A DNA stretch of 64,000 nt, from contig JBAZJH010000002.1 of assembly GCA_041651415.1 (NCBI GenBank), forward strand, positions 111,075 to 175,074. The letters run 5' to 3'. The translations under genes were made by a program, and so were the position numbers. How positions within the stretch are numbered: position 1 is the first letter of the stretch; every line of letters starts with the position of its first letter. This DNA comes from Minisyncoccota bacterium. GTDB taxonomy: Bacteria; Patescibacteriota; Minisyncoccia; UBA6257; XYB1-36-10. Below, one piece after another: positions 19,323-29,485 of the stretch. The notes under the pieces were generated by a model. It was not told where the DNA came from. It was given only the letters and a program-made list of their open reading frames with translations, and did not search any database.

Positions 19323-20084
19323 ATGATAATTTATCGATTAAAATCGAAAAATGTAGTTTATGACCTTTATTTGCCGGAAGAAAGTAATGGTAAGGCGGTT
19401 TTGTATGTACCAGGTTTACCTGGGCATCCTCGCCGAAAAGCTTTAGGAGAAACATTTGCCTCAAATGGTTTTAGCTTCTTTGAGATGAGATTTCCAGGCA
19501 GTTGGGAAAGTAACGGCGAATTTACGATGGATAACTGCGTCAAAAGCTTAGAAGAAGCTTATGACTTTATAAAAAGCGGTTTGGGAACAGAACTGCGAAG
19601 AGAGATAAAAAAAGAATGGGAACACAAAGAGATAATATTTTTAGGCAGCAGTTTCGGAGGCGGAGTAATCTTAAGCAGCCAAATTAAAGAGCCGCTTAAA
19701 TTCGCACTTCTGGCTCCGGTGACTAAAATAAAAAACGTAAAAGATTCTTTAGTAATGCTTTCTTCTGGCGAGGACGATTTATTTAACTTACTTACTAAAG
19801 GATACGCTAATGCATATAGAGGACTTAATAAAAAAGATTGGAATAGATTTTTGGACGGGGAATCACTAATTAATCCCGAGAAAAACACAGATAACCTAAA
19901 AAATAAAAAATTGCTGTTTTTACAAGGGACGGATGATGATGTAATTTTTGACAAACATACTTCCGAATACGTAAATAATCTTAAAAAAGCGGGAGTTGAA
20001 GTTGAGTTTATATTAATTTCGGGAGCCGGACACGGAGGGGACTTAGAGGAAAAAGCAGCGCAAACTTTGGTAGATAGTCTTTAA
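19323..20084 (+). CDS. alpha/beta-fold hydrolase (esterase/peptidase-like)
   Basis: GSSFGG nucleophile elbow, QGTDDDV Asp, AGHG His: complete triad. Confidence 0.8.
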   Translation: MIIYRLKSKNVVYDLYLPEESNGKAVLYVPGLPGHPRRKALGETFASNGFSFFEMRFPGSWESNGEFTMDNCVKSLEEAYDFIKSGLGTELRREIKKEWEHKEIIFLGSSFGGGVILSSQIKEPLKFALLAPVTKIKNVKDSLVMLSSGEDDLFNLLTKGYANAYRGLNKKDWNRFLDGESLINPEKNTDNLKNKKLLFLQGTDDDVIFDKHTSEYVNNLKKAGVEVEFILISGAGHGGDLEEKAAQTLVDSL

Positions 20085-20096
20085 TTAAACAAAAAA

Positions 20097-20128
20097 CCAC
20101 GTGAAGTTTTTAGAAATACTTCACGTGG
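20097..20128. terminator. hairpin between convergent genes
   Basis: CCACGTGAAGT/ACTTCACGTGG inverted repeat. Confidence 0.6.
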
Positions 20129-20134
20129 ATATAT

Positions 20135-20890
20135 TTAAGAAAAGAAACGACATTTCTTGTTTTCGGATACTTGCTGACGCATTAAACTGTAAACTTGTTC
20201 GTGAATAGCGAGACATTGTTGCAGAAAATTCAGGGTATCTTTACTTGATGACGGGACAGTCCATTCGGTTAGAAGTTCTTGGAGAAATTCTAATTCTTTG
20301 GGAGAAAAATCGTATAAATATTTAGCTGCTTGGCTAAAAATTTCCGATTCCTCTTGGATCAAACTTCCTTGGGACATTAGAAGATCTTTAAGAACAACGA
20401 TAGTTCTTTTTCTGGTTTGCCTAATCTCTTTTTCGGAAATTGGTTCTATCTTAAAGATGAGATTGCGGAGTTGAAAAGTGTACTGCTGGACTTTTTGGAG
20501 CAAGCTTAACTGGAGGTGATAGTCTGATGGGCCGTTAACGACATCAAAAATATTTTTACCAAACAGGGTTTCGGCTTGTCTCAGATGGCAGACAAAGAAT
20601 GAACCGCAAGTATGGATTGAAAAGTAATCGGCATTGGTGGGTATTTCCTCAAGATAGATGAGATGAAGGTGAATCGGCAGTTCAAACATCCTTAAATCTA
20701 TAACAAGTTCTCGAAGTTTAAGACAGTCCCCTGAACTCTTTTTCTTTAGAATGATAATCAGATCAACATCCTGCGGAATTAAGTGAGGATTAAACAATAG
20801 AGAGCCATGAAGAAGAACGCAGACTATGTTATTAGTTCCAAAAGTAGAGACGATTTTTTCGCTAAGCTTTTTTAAGGATTCTCTACTCAT
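20135..20890 (-). CDS. Pol-beta superfamily nucleotidyltransferase-like protein with helical C-terminal domain
   Basis: LLHGSL...QDVDLII (hGS..DhDh) motif near the N-terminus. Confidence 0.65.
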   Translation of the reverse strand: MSRESLKKLSEKIVSTFGTNNIVCVLLHGSLLFNPHLIPQDVDLIIILKKKSSGDCLKLRELVIDLRMFELPIHLHLIYLEEIPTNADYFSIHTCGSFFVCHLRQAETLFGKNIFDVVNGPSDYHLQLSLLQKVQQYTFQLRNLIFKIEPISEKEIRQTRKRTIVVLKDLLMSQGSLIQEESEIFSQAAKYLYDFSPKELEFLQELLTEWTVPSSSKDTLNFLQQCLAIHEQVYSLMRQQVSENKKCRFFS

Positions 20891-22041
20891 TAGATACTCC
20901 TTTCTATTAGTAAGCTTTGGTATGGAGATAACGAAACAGAAGTTTCTCGACGGAGGTTGGTAATGAGTTCATTAATCAGATTCCCATCCATAGTATTTAT
21001 TATTTTAGGGAAAGATAAAATATCATCTATGGGGCGGCTGATTAACGCTTTATTGTCTGAAGCTTTAAGTGCCCAGAAAATAAAATTGGAATTTACGATT
21101 ACTTCTTTCTGATTCCATTTTAATCCACTAGCGACCAAGAGTTTAGTAGGCAGTCGGCCGTATCGATCAACGAGTTCTTTGAGATTATTAATGTTTGGAT
21201 GTTGCGACTCATCACTTTCAAATTTTACAAAAGGCGTGACGATGACAGTTGTGTCTTTCAAATTTGCAAATAGCTTCTGGGAGATTCCCAATGACCAAAC
21301 TAGAGGTTTAAACGAACGATTGCTGATAACGACTGCTGACGGATAAAATCCATCTTCAATCAAGGAACAAAAGAGCAGGGACCAACAAAAGTCTGTATCC
21401 AACTGCCAAGTTTTACCGAATAGTGATATTCGGCGATCACCTTTCTTTTTTCTGGAGATTAATAGTGGATAGTTAAAATCTTTCCGTAGCTTCTCAATTT
21501 CTTTTAAATAGAACAGTGGGAGCACGTTAAGATTAGTTTTTTTGAAGTTGCTTTTTAATATCAGACAAGCTTCATCTTTTGGTTCAAGCGGCATGTCACA
21601 TAAAGCACAAAACGCTTTTTCATTTTTCCAATATAGAACTTTGTAATCCATCGACCAATCAGAATGGAGAGAATCTTTCAACACTTCAACGGCTCCGCAT
21701 TGACAGATAAAAATTTGTGAATTTTCGACTTTTAACTCTCCATCAGTAGCCAGTTTTTCACAATAGGTTTGCAGGCGATTGGCGTGACTGTTGTTGTTAT
21801 CAAACCAGTAATGGTTGATAGTTGAATCCAGACGATATAAGAGTTTCTGGAAGTTCTCAAATCTTTGGGCGATTTGATTAATTTCCAAATTTTTATATCG
21901 ATGACCGGTTAGGTTTACACAGCATACTGATGCGAGACCAGTGAGCTTCGATATTGCAGAAACCACAAAAGGAGTCAGAACAAGTCCGGTTTTTACTTTT
22001 TCTGGAATTGTTATTGGTAAACACAGGATGGAGTTTTTCAC
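20890..22041 (-). CDS. degenerate class I aminoacyl-tRNA synthetase (MetRS-like) paralog
   Basis: Collinear resemblance to the MetRS catalytic domain: CQC...CALC knuckle, LLISR, ELVDRYG; HIGH and KMSKS not recognisable; no anticodon domain. Confidence 0.55.
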   Translation of the reverse strand: MKNSILCLPITIPEKVKTGLVLTPFVVSAISKLTGLASVCCVNLTGHRYKNLEINQIAQRFENFQKLLYRLDSTINHYWFDNNNSHANRLQTYCEKLATDGELKVENSQIFICQCGAVEVLKDSLHSDWSMDYKVLYWKNEKAFCALCDMPLEPKDEACLILKSNFKKTNLNVLPLFYLKEIEKLRKDFNYPLLISRKKKGDRRISLFGKTWQLDTDFCWSLLFCSLIEDGFYPSAVVISNRSFKPLVWSLGISQKLFANLKDTTVIVTPFVKFESDESQHPNINNLKELVDRYGRLPTKLLVASGLKWNQKEVIVNSNFIFWALKASDNKALISRPIDDILSFPKIINTMDGNLINELITNLRRETSVSLSPYQSLLIERSI

Positions 22042-22050
22042 TTTAACACC

Positions 22051-22746
22051 TCACTTTCTTTGTAATAGTTCTTCTGCTTTACGGACAGCAATTTCTGTTG
22101 CTAGTAAAGCATTATTTGATTGGATAAATAAGGCAACAAAAGAACCGAAAAAAGTATCTCCGGCTCCCAGAGTGTCTTTAGCTTCAATGGGATTGCTTTT
22201 AACAAAGTCTTGTCTTCCATGATGCCAAATTTCTACTCCTTTTTGACCGTGAGTGATAAGCAAAATACGAGACTGAAAAAGTTTAATAACTTTTTTTGGT
22301 ACGTATTTTGATTCTCTTTGGTTGACTTTAAGAGCGACGACATTCTTTAAATCTTTAGGACAACAATCCCAAAAATGGACAAGATTTTCTCCTTTGACTC
22401 GGATGTATCCTTGAGCGTCTAGAAAAATACAACAATCTCTTTCAGATAATTGCTCAAGATTGAATTCTCCCAGTATAGGTGAGAGTAAAATGTTTCGTGA
22501 AAATAAACGTTTTGGGAGCATTATTTTCCCGACTCTTTTAATCCGTATTTTTTCATGTTGGTCTTTGATAATTATGTGTACAGTTACCGGATTTTTAGGT
22601 GTTAGAAGACAGACTTTACAGCCAAGTGCATTTAAGGCTTCTTTGCAATAAAGGGCTGGACCTCCTGACCTAACCAATTTAACAGCTTTATCTAGATTGT
22701 TGATGTGATCCACAGTTTTTGTTGCTATGAGAGTTATAGATTTCAT
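22051..22746 (-). CDS. PfkB/ribokinase family kinase
   Basis: SGGPALY, LDAQG, KVNQRE, ITHGQKG, DTLGAGDTF signature. Confidence 0.85.
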   Translation of the reverse strand: MKSITLIATKTVDHINNLDKAVKLVRSGGPALYCKEALNALGCKVCLLTPKNPVTVHIIIKDQHEKIRIKRVGKIMLPKRLFSRNILLSPILGEFNLEQLSERDCCIFLDAQGYIRVKGENLVHFWDCCPKDLKNVVALKVNQRESKYVPKKVIKLFQSRILLITHGQKGVEIWHHGRQDFVKSNPIEAKDTLGAGDTFFGSFVALFIQSNNALLATEIAVRKAEELLQRK

Positions 22747-22996
22747 TTTTAGCTCCTTTTCAGCTATTTTTAGTTGTAAATTTTGCTACTTGTAAGATAT
22801 AATTTTTATTGTTTTTTGTCAATTTCTGGTGGTTTTCAGGGAGTACTGCACTTGTTATATTTTAGCTCTAAAATAGACACAAACCATTATCAGCTTCTCA
22901 TGACAAATCCCAATATTTGCTGTCGGGGCGATTCTTTTGCAGTTGACACAAGGCTGGAGTTTTTTATTTTTATGCGGAGTAGGATATTATTTTTAA

Positions 22997-23578
22997 ATGG
23001 CGGTTTTGATAAATGAGATATTTCCGAATCCGGCGGGGAAGGATGCGGACGGAGAATTTATTGAAATTTTTAACAACGGAAGCGAGACGATTTTTTTGGA
23101 CAGCTTCAGATTAGAAGACGAAAGCGGGAAGAAGTTTAGTTTAGCGGGAAAGAAAATCGACGGCGGAGAATATCTGGCGTTTAGTTATAAGGAAACGGGA
23201 ATATCAATAAACAATTCGGATGAGAAGATTTTTTTATACGACGGGAATAATTTAGCGGACAAGGCGGAGATGGAAGGAATGGCGGAAGAAGGAAGCAGTT
23301 TTTCAAGAAAAGGAGAAGAGTTTTTATTTACAAGCCAAATAACCAAGGGAGAAAGAAATCTTTTTGACGAAGAAAAGGTTTCGGGATATCTTCAGGGGGA
23401 AGCTTTAAAGAGTTCCGTAAAAACCGGAAATTTTGAGGCGAGAGATGTTATGGCGATTTTAATTATGGGAGTTTTAGCGGGACTGATAGCGGTTTACGCT
23501 TATAGTTTAATTTTTAAGAAAGAAAAAAATGAAGAAAATAAAGAAGGTTATTTTGAATGGCGAGGAGGAGACGATTAA
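22997..23578 (+). CDS. lamin-tail-domain protein with C-terminal TM helix
   Basis: VLINEIFPNP...EFIEIFN LTD motif. Confidence 0.8.
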   Translation: MAVLINEIFPNPAGKDADGEFIEIFNNGSETIFLDSFRLEDESGKKFSLAGKKIDGGEYLAFSYKETGISINNSDEKIFLYDGNNLADKAEMEGMAEEGSSFSRKGEEFLFTSQITKGERNLFDEEKVSGYLQGEALKSSVKTGNFEARDVMAILIMGVLAGLIAVYAYSLIFKKEKNEENKEGYFEWRGGDD

Positions 23579-23984
23579 ATTTGCCGCCGATTTTGCCAGA
23601 AAAATAACAGAAAAAAATAAAAAAAGAAAAACGGCTTTAGTGATTTCTTTAATCGGGGAACTGGGAGCGGGGAAGACGACTTTCGCGAGGGGGTTTTTAC
23701 ATAAACTTGGAGTAAAGAAAAAAATAACCAGCCCGACTTTTGTTTTAATTAAAAGATATAAATTGCTGAAAGGAGGAAGTTTTAAAGAAGCGTTTCATAT
23801 TGACGCTTACAGATTAAAAGACGGGGATTTAAATATGCTCGAGTGGCAGGAAATAATAAAAAATCCGGAAAACATTATTTTGATAGAATGGCCGGAAAGA
23901 GTGAGAGAAGCGAAAATAAAAGGGGCGGTTGAGATAAAGATAAAGCATTTGAAAGAGGGAAGAGAGATAGAAATAAATGATTAA
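23529..23984 (+). CDS. tsaE: tRNA t6A biosynthesis ATPase TsaE
   Basis: GELGAGKTTF, ITSPTF, HIDAYRL, LIEWPE. Confidence 0.95.
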   Translation: MKKIKKVILNGEEETIKFAADFARKITEKNKKRKTALVISLIGELGAGKTTFARGFLHKLGVKKKITSPTFVLIKRYKLLKGGSFKEAFHIDAYRLKDGDLNMLEWQEIIKNPENIILIEWPERVREAKIKGAVEIKIKHLKEGREIEIND

Positions 23985-24040
23985 TTTCTAATTACTAATA
24001 TCTGATTAATGACTAATTAAAAAATTTTAGTAAATTTTTA

Positions 24041-24165
24041 AGAATAAAAATAGCTTTGAAAAACAGGGCTAATCACCAATCGTTTTTCAAAGCTATTTTT
24101 ATTCTATAAATTATTCAGTAGAGAGAGGGATGGTGGTAATAATGCCCCGATGGAATACGGGGTAA
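24041..24165. repeat. family B element (long hairpin with conserved loop plus purine tract), copy 1
   Basis: 24-bp perfect stem with CAGGGCTAATCACCA at the loop, then GGTGGTAATAA and CCCCG..CGGGG. Confidence 0.75.
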
Positions 24166-24375
24166 ATATTTTACTTCGTAAAAAATTATTTTTTAAATAA
24201 TTTTAATTGTGGAGATTTTTTATTTTTAAGGAGAAAAAATAGAAAAATAAGGGAGCTGTCTTCCGCTCTCCGCCAGTTGGCGGAGCGGATTTAATGGCAA
24301 CTTTGATTTTGTTTTGACTTTTTTAAATAAGCTGGTATAATAAAGACAGAACTTAAAAATTTTTTTGGAGGTGAA

Positions 24376-24816
24376 ATGATGACTTTTCTTAATAAAGAGG
24401 AGCAACAAATTTTTAATCATTATGAAACTGCGAAATATATCTTCACTTTTAAGGGATTATCCTCTGGACTTCATGAAGAATTGAGATTGTTTTTAACTGG
24501 AGAAAGAATGAGAAGAGTGGGGAGATTTAGCATGATTTTGTTCTTAATAAGAATAGAAGAACAAAATAAATTAAGCTCTGAAAGAATAAATAATTTATGG
24601 GGAAAATTCTTGAGGGGTGAACAAGAGACAGAACCGTCTTGTTGGAAAAAGGGGAGTTGCGGCGCGCCAACTCAGGTTTGTGATGCTGATGTTATGTATC
24701 ATGGAAAAAGGGATGTTGATGCTTTTGGGTGGAGTGGCGCCACCAACTGGATTGACTTAAAAAGGGCGGTTTCTGGCGATTACTTTAGTGATTATGTCTT
24801 TAATTATGATACTTGA
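24376..24816 (+). CDS. hypothetical protein
   Basis: 146 aa ORF with GGAGGTG SD and downstream terminator. Confidence 0.65.
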   Translation: MMTFLNKEEQQIFNHYETAKYIFTFKGLSSGLHEELRLFLTGERMRRVGRFSMILFLIRIEEQNKLSSERINNLWGKFLRGEQETEPSCWKKGSCGAPTQVCDADVMYHGKRDVDAFGWSGATNWIDLKRAVSGDYFSDYVFNYDT

Positions 24817-24975
24817 AGACAAATAAAGGCGGGAGAAAAACCGCCTTTTTATTTTGGAATGAAGGGAGGGTATAATATAGATAATTAGAAATTAAAATTT
24901 GAAATATTTGAGCAACTCCGACCTAAGTCGGAGCGCTCAAATTCTTAAATAAATTAAAATTTATAAGAATTTGGC

Positions 24976-27456
24976 ATGAAAACATTGATTTTAATAGACG
25001 CAAACTCGCTGATACACAGGTGTTTTCATGCTTTGCCGCCACTGACAAATAAAAAAGGGGAGCCGACAAACGCGCTTTACGGGTTGTCTTCCGTTTTGAT
25101 GAAAATTTTTAGAGAATACAAACCGGATTACGCGGCGGCTTTTTTTGACCGGCCGGAGGAAACAAACAGAAAAAAAGATTACGCGGAATATAAAGCGGGA
25201 AGAGTGAAAGCGCCGGATGAATTAATAGAGCAAATTATAAAAGCAAAAGAAGTTTTCAGGGCTTTTGGAATAAAAACATTTGAACTGCCCGGGTTTGAAG
25301 CGGATGATTTGATCGGAACGGCGGCGGAAAGATTCAAAGGAAAAGAAGAAAAAATAATCATATTGACGGGGGATTTAGACACGACACAGCTCGTGAGCGA
25401 TAAAGAAAATGTAACAGTAGAGACATTTAAAAAAGGAATAACGGAAATGATGGTTTATGACGAAAAGGCGGTAAAAGAGAGGTTTGGAGTAGAAGCAAAA
25501 CAAGTAGTGGATTATAAGGGGCTAGCGGGAGACAGCTCGGATAATATAAAAGGAATACCGGGGGTGGGGCCGAAAACAGCGGTGCCGCTTTTAAACGAAT
25601 TTGGAACAATAGAGGGGATATTTAAAAATATAGACGAGAAAGATAAGAGATTTAAAAAATTTATCGGTTTTGAAAAAGAGGCGATGGCTTCCAAAAAGCT
25701 GGCGATAATAGAAAGAGATGCGCCGATTGATTTAGGCGGATTAGAAAATTTAAAAACAAACGAATCAAAAGAGAAAGATTTAAAAGGTTTTTTTGAGGAG
25801 ATGGGATTTCAAAGTTTGATAAAGAGAATAGGGGGCGAGGAAAATAAAAAAGCGGAAAATAAGGGACTATTTGAAAAGAAAGAAAGCAAGGCGCAATTAT
25901 TTAATTTTGACGCAAGGCAAAGCAGAGAAGAAGCAGAATTTATTTTAGAGGGAGAAAAATTAGAGGAGGAAAAAAGAAAAAGTAAAAAAATAAAAGTGGG
26001 ATTTTCTTTAAAAGAAATAATAAAAGAACAAGGATTGGAAGGCCCATATTTTGATTTAGGAATAGCATTCTGGCTTTTAGATTCTGACGTAGGAGATTAT
26101 AGCCCGGATTATGTTTTTAAAAGATTTTTAAAAAAAGAGTGGGGAAACAAAGAAGAGGATTTGTTTTTTGCTTATAAATGGGCTGAGGGAGAACTTAAAA
26201 AAAATAATTTAACGAAAGTTTTTAAGGAAATAGAAATGCCGCTTTTGCCAATTTTAGCGGAGATGGAAAATTGGGGAATAGAAATAGACAAAGAAAAGCT
26301 TGAGAGATTAAAAGAGAAAGTACGAGAAGGCGTGAACGAACTGGTAAAAAAAATATATAAATTAGCGGGGGGAGAATTTAATATAAATTCTCCGAAACAG
26401 ATGGGAGAAGTTTTATTCAAAAAACTTAATATTGCGGCTAAAAAAATAAGAAAGACAGCAGGGGGAGCGATGTCAACAAGTTATGAAAATCTGATAAGGA
26501 TAAAAAACGAACATAAAATAATCGAGCTTATTTTAGAATATCGGGAGCAATTTAAAGTGCTTTCCACTTATATTGAGCCGATTATTGAATTAACCGACAA
26601 AAAAGGAAGATTGCACACGTCCTATATTCAAACGGGAACAGCGACAGGAAGATTGTCTTCAGAACATCCCAATTTGCAAAATATTCCGCAAGGAGGAGAT
26701 TTAGCCCAGCCTTTAAGAGAAGCGTTTTTAGGGGGAGAAGGAAAGGAGCTTGTAAGTTTTGATTATTCGCAAATGGAACTTCGGATTCTCGCGTCTCTTT
26801 CTCGGGATGATAAAATGATAAAAGCTTTCAGGGAAGGAAAAGATATTCATGCGGCGACGGCATCTTATGTTTTTAATGTGCCATTTGAAGAGGTGGATAG
26901 AGAAAAGAGACGTGTGGCAAAAGTGCTTAATTTCGGGATTGTTTATGGAATGGGAGTAAATGCTTTTGCGGAATCCTCAGGACTTAAGAGGGAAGAGGCA
27001 AAAAAATTCATTGAAGAATATTTTAAGGAATTTTCAGAAATAAAAAGATGGCAGGAAAATATAAAAAAGGAGGCGAGGACTTTAGGGTATGCGACAACTT
27101 TAAACGGACGACGCCGGCTGGTTCCAGATTTAATGTCATTATCACCGAGATTTGCGGCGCAAGCGGAAAGAATAGTGATTAATATGCCGACGCAGGGACT
27201 GGCGGCTGATGTAATGAAAATAGCGATAATAAAAACGAAGGAGATGCTTGAAAAAGAGGAATGGTGGGGAAAAGAAGTAAAAGTGCTTTTAACGATTCAC
27301 GACGAGCTTTTATTTGAAGTAGAAAAAAAGGTGAAAGAAAAAGCGGCTAAAAAGATTAAGAGAGAAATGGAAGAGGCGTTTAAACTTTCCGTGCCACTAC
27401 TTGTAGAAATAAAGGAAGGAAAAAATTGGGGAAGTATGAAAAAAGTGGAAGTTTAA
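24976..27456 (+). CDS. polA: DNA polymerase I
   Basis: 5'-3' exo motifs (LIDANSL, FEADDLIGT, GDSSDNI); pol motifs TGRLSS, DYSQMELR, KVLNFGIVYG, IHDEL. Confidence 0.98.
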   Translation: MKTLILIDANSLIHRCFHALPPLTNKKGEPTNALYGLSSVLMKIFREYKPDYAAAFFDRPEETNRKKDYAEYKAGRVKAPDELIEQIIKAKEVFRAFGIKTFELPGFEADDLIGTAAERFKGKEEKIIILTGDLDTTQLVSDKENVTVETFKKGITEMMVYDEKAVKERFGVEAKQVVDYKGLAGDSSDNIKGIPGVGPKTAVPLLNEFGTIEGIFKNIDEKDKRFKKFIGFEKEAMASKKLAIIERDAPIDLGGLENLKTNESKEKDLKGFFEEMGFQSLIKRIGGEENKKAENKGLFEKKESKAQLFNFDARQSREEAEFILEGEKLEEEKRKSKKIKVGFSLKEIIKEQGLEGPYFDLGIAFWLLDSDVGDYSPDYVFKRFLKKEWGNKEEDLFFAYKWAEGELKKNNLTKVFKEIEMPLLPILAEMENWGIEIDKEKLERLKEKVREGVNELVKKIYKLAGGEFNINSPKQMGEVLFKKLNIAAKKIRKTAGGAMSTSYENLIRIKNEHKIIELILEYREQFKVLSTYIEPIIELTDKKGRLHTSYIQTGTATGRLSSEHPNLQNIPQGGDLAQPLREAFLGGEGKELVSFDYSQMELRILASLSRDDKMIKAFREGKDIHAATASYVFNVPFEEVDREKRRVAKVLNFGIVYGMGVNAFAESSGLKREEAKKFIEEYFKEFSEIKRWQENIKKEARTLGYATTLNGRRRLVPDLMSLSPRFAAQAERIVINMPTQGLAADVMKIAIIKTKEMLEKEEWWGKEVKVLLTIHDELLFEVEKKVKEKAAKKIKREMEEAFKLSVPLLVEIKEGKNWGSMKKVEV

Positions 27457-27487
27457 AATAAATTATTTTTTTAAAAACGGAGTAAAT

Positions 27488-27606
27488 AAGAAAAAAACAG
27501 CTTCAGAAAACAGGGCTAGTCGCCATCATTTTCTGAAGCTGTTTTTTTCTTTAATTTTAAAAGGGTGGTAGAAGGTGATAATAAGCCCCGCCTATAAAAG
27601 GCGGGG
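27488..27606. repeat. family B element, copy 2
   Basis: 23-bp stem with loop CAGGGCTAGTCGCCA, then AGGTGATAATAA and CCCCGCC..GGCGGGG. Confidence 0.75.
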
Positions 27607-27778
27607 TAAAGTAGTTCTGACGTAAGGTCGGAGCTTTTTATCTTTTTAAATATTGACAGGTTTGGGAAATTTGTGTAGATTTGGCTTAGAATCAGGTTAG
27701 TTAAAAAATGAAATCCGCCTATGGCGAGATAAAGTCCGCCTAAGCTAAAAACTACGGCGAGACAAAAGGAGAAGAAAA

Positions 27779-27991
27779 ATGGAAACAAATCAGGTTTGTG
27801 AATTGAGAGATTTAGATTTGGTAAAAAAATTGGTTAGCACAATTGAGACATATGAGAGAAATTGGGAATACATGACAAAAGAAGATAGGGAGAAACAAAA
27901 AAAAGAACAAGAGGTTTTAGAAGGGGAGATTTTGAAGAGGCTAGGGGAAAGACAAGTGTTTAAAGAGATTGTTGCGACTACTATTTCTTAA
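27779..27991 (+). CDS. small helical protein, paralog of 43186..43482
   Basis: SD AGGAG; shares an approx. 130-bp upstream region and LVKKL/LVKRL, LEGEILKRL/LEAEVLRRL with 43186. Confidence 0.7.
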   Translation: METNQVCELRDLDLVKKLVSTIETYERNWEYMTKEDREKQKKEQEVLEGEILKRLGERQVFKEIVATTIS

Positions 27992-28070
27992 AAAAGATGA
28001 CCCCGATTTTTGCCAGTTGGCGAAGTCGGGGTTTTTTATTAAAAAGTTTGGTGAGGTATAATAGAGAGAG

Positions 28071-29408
28071 ATGGGGGATTTTAAAAATTTTTGGGACGAG
28101 GCGATTTTTTATTTCAAACAACCGGAGATGCGGCTGTTTTGGATTTTTTTGTTTTTAGCTTTTTCAATATCGGGAATAGAACTTTTTTATCTGCCGGGAT
28201 ATTTATCTTTAGTGACGTCTTTGATATTTATAGGAATAGCGGGAATCGTATTTTTCAGTAGTTTTAAACTGGCAAAAAATAATTTTGCGGTGCAGTTTGA
28301 AAAAAGACAATTGGAAGGAATGGTAACTAATCTTTATGACGGGATAATAGCCTATGACACTAATTTTAGAGTGATGATGTTTAATAAGACGGCGGAAGCG
28401 ATATTTTTAATAAAAAAAGAGGAGATTATGGGAAAAGAGTTTACGCCGCAGTTTGCCCAAAATCCGAGATACACGAGACTGGCGCAGATAATGTTTCCGT
28501 CGCTTGCGCCGGTAGTGATAACGCGGTCGGAAGCGGGAGTTTTTCCGCAGATAGTGGATTTGTCTTTTTCAGAACCAACAGCGGAGTTCAGAGTGACGAC
28601 GGTAAAAATGACGGATGAAAACAAAAAACTTTTGGGATTTATGAAAATAGTAAGAGACAGAACAAGAGAAATAGAAGCGGGAAAATCAAAAAGCGAGTTT
28701 GTGACGGTGGCGGCTCATCAACTTCGAACGCCATTAAATGCGGTTTCGTGGACTTTTGAAACTTTGTCGGGGGAAAATAATTTGCCGGATGATTTGAAAG
28801 AACTGATAAAAAACGGCCGAGTGGCAACGGAGAAAGTTTTAAAAACGGTAAATGATTTGCTGGATGTGGCAAAAATTGAAGAAGGAAATTTCGGATACGC
28901 GATGGAGGAAGTGGAGTTTACCGGATTTTTAGAAAATATTTTGGCGCAAAAAATGATTGCGGCCAAACAATACGGAATAAGAATGTATTTTGACCGGCCG
29001 CAGGATAAAAACTTAAAGATGAAAATAGACGTAAAAAGAATGACAATGGCGCTCGATAATATTTTAGACAATGCCATAAAATATAACGTAAAAAATGGAG
29101 AGGTGACCGTAAAACTTGAAAAATTAGAGGGAAAACCATTCATACAGGTAAGCGTGACTGATACGGGAATAGGAATACCGCCCGAGGAAGTGAAAAAGCT
29201 TTTTACCAAGTTTTTCAGGGGAACAAATGTGCTGAAGTTTCAAACGGAGGGGACGGGGCTGGGGATTTATATCGCTAAGAATATAATCAGGAGACACGGA
29301 GGGGAAATTTACGCCGAATCGACTTTGAATCGAGGAACAACGATTTATTTTTCTTTACCAACGGACCCAAATTTGATTCCAATAAAAGAGGTTTTTGTGG
29401 AGGAATAA
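28071..29408 (+). CDS. PAS-domain sensor histidine kinase
   Basis: 2 TM helices, PAS, AAHQLRTPL H-box, NILDNAIKY N-box, DTGIGI, GTGLGIYI. Confidence 0.93.
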   Translation: MGDFKNFWDEAIFYFKQPEMRLFWIFLFLAFSISGIELFYLPGYLSLVTSLIFIGIAGIVFFSSFKLAKNNFAVQFEKRQLEGMVTNLYDGIIAYDTNFRVMMFNKTAEAIFLIKKEEIMGKEFTPQFAQNPRYTRLAQIMFPSLAPVVITRSEAGVFPQIVDLSFSEPTAEFRVTTVKMTDENKKLLGFMKIVRDRTREIEAGKSKSEFVTVAAHQLRTPLNAVSWTFETLSGENNLPDDLKELIKNGRVATEKVLKTVNDLLDVAKIEEGNFGYAMEEVEFTGFLENILAQKMIAAKQYGIRMYFDRPQDKNLKMKIDVKRMTMALDNILDNAIKYNVKNGEVTVKLEKLEGKPFIQVSVTDTGIGIPPEEVKKLFTKFFRGTNVLKFQTEGTGLGIYIAKNIIRRHGGEIYAESTLNRGTTIYFSLPTDPNLIPIKEVFVEE

Positions 29409-29416
29409 GAAAAGTC

Positions 29417-29454
29417 AGTTAAAAGTTTAAAGTTTATAAAGTTAAAAGGAAAAA
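29417..29454 (+). repeat. 38-bp direct repeat (second copy 31397..31434)
   Basis: AGTTAAAAGTTTAAAGTTTATAAAGTTAAAAGGAAAAA, identical in both copies. Confidence 0.85.
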
Positions 29455-29485
29455 AATCATTAAATAAATGGATTGGAATAAAAAG

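Noticed and set aside
20097-20128. Additional parS site
   Set aside because: Shares only the CACGTGAA core; it is a longer hairpin between convergent genes, consistent with a terminator
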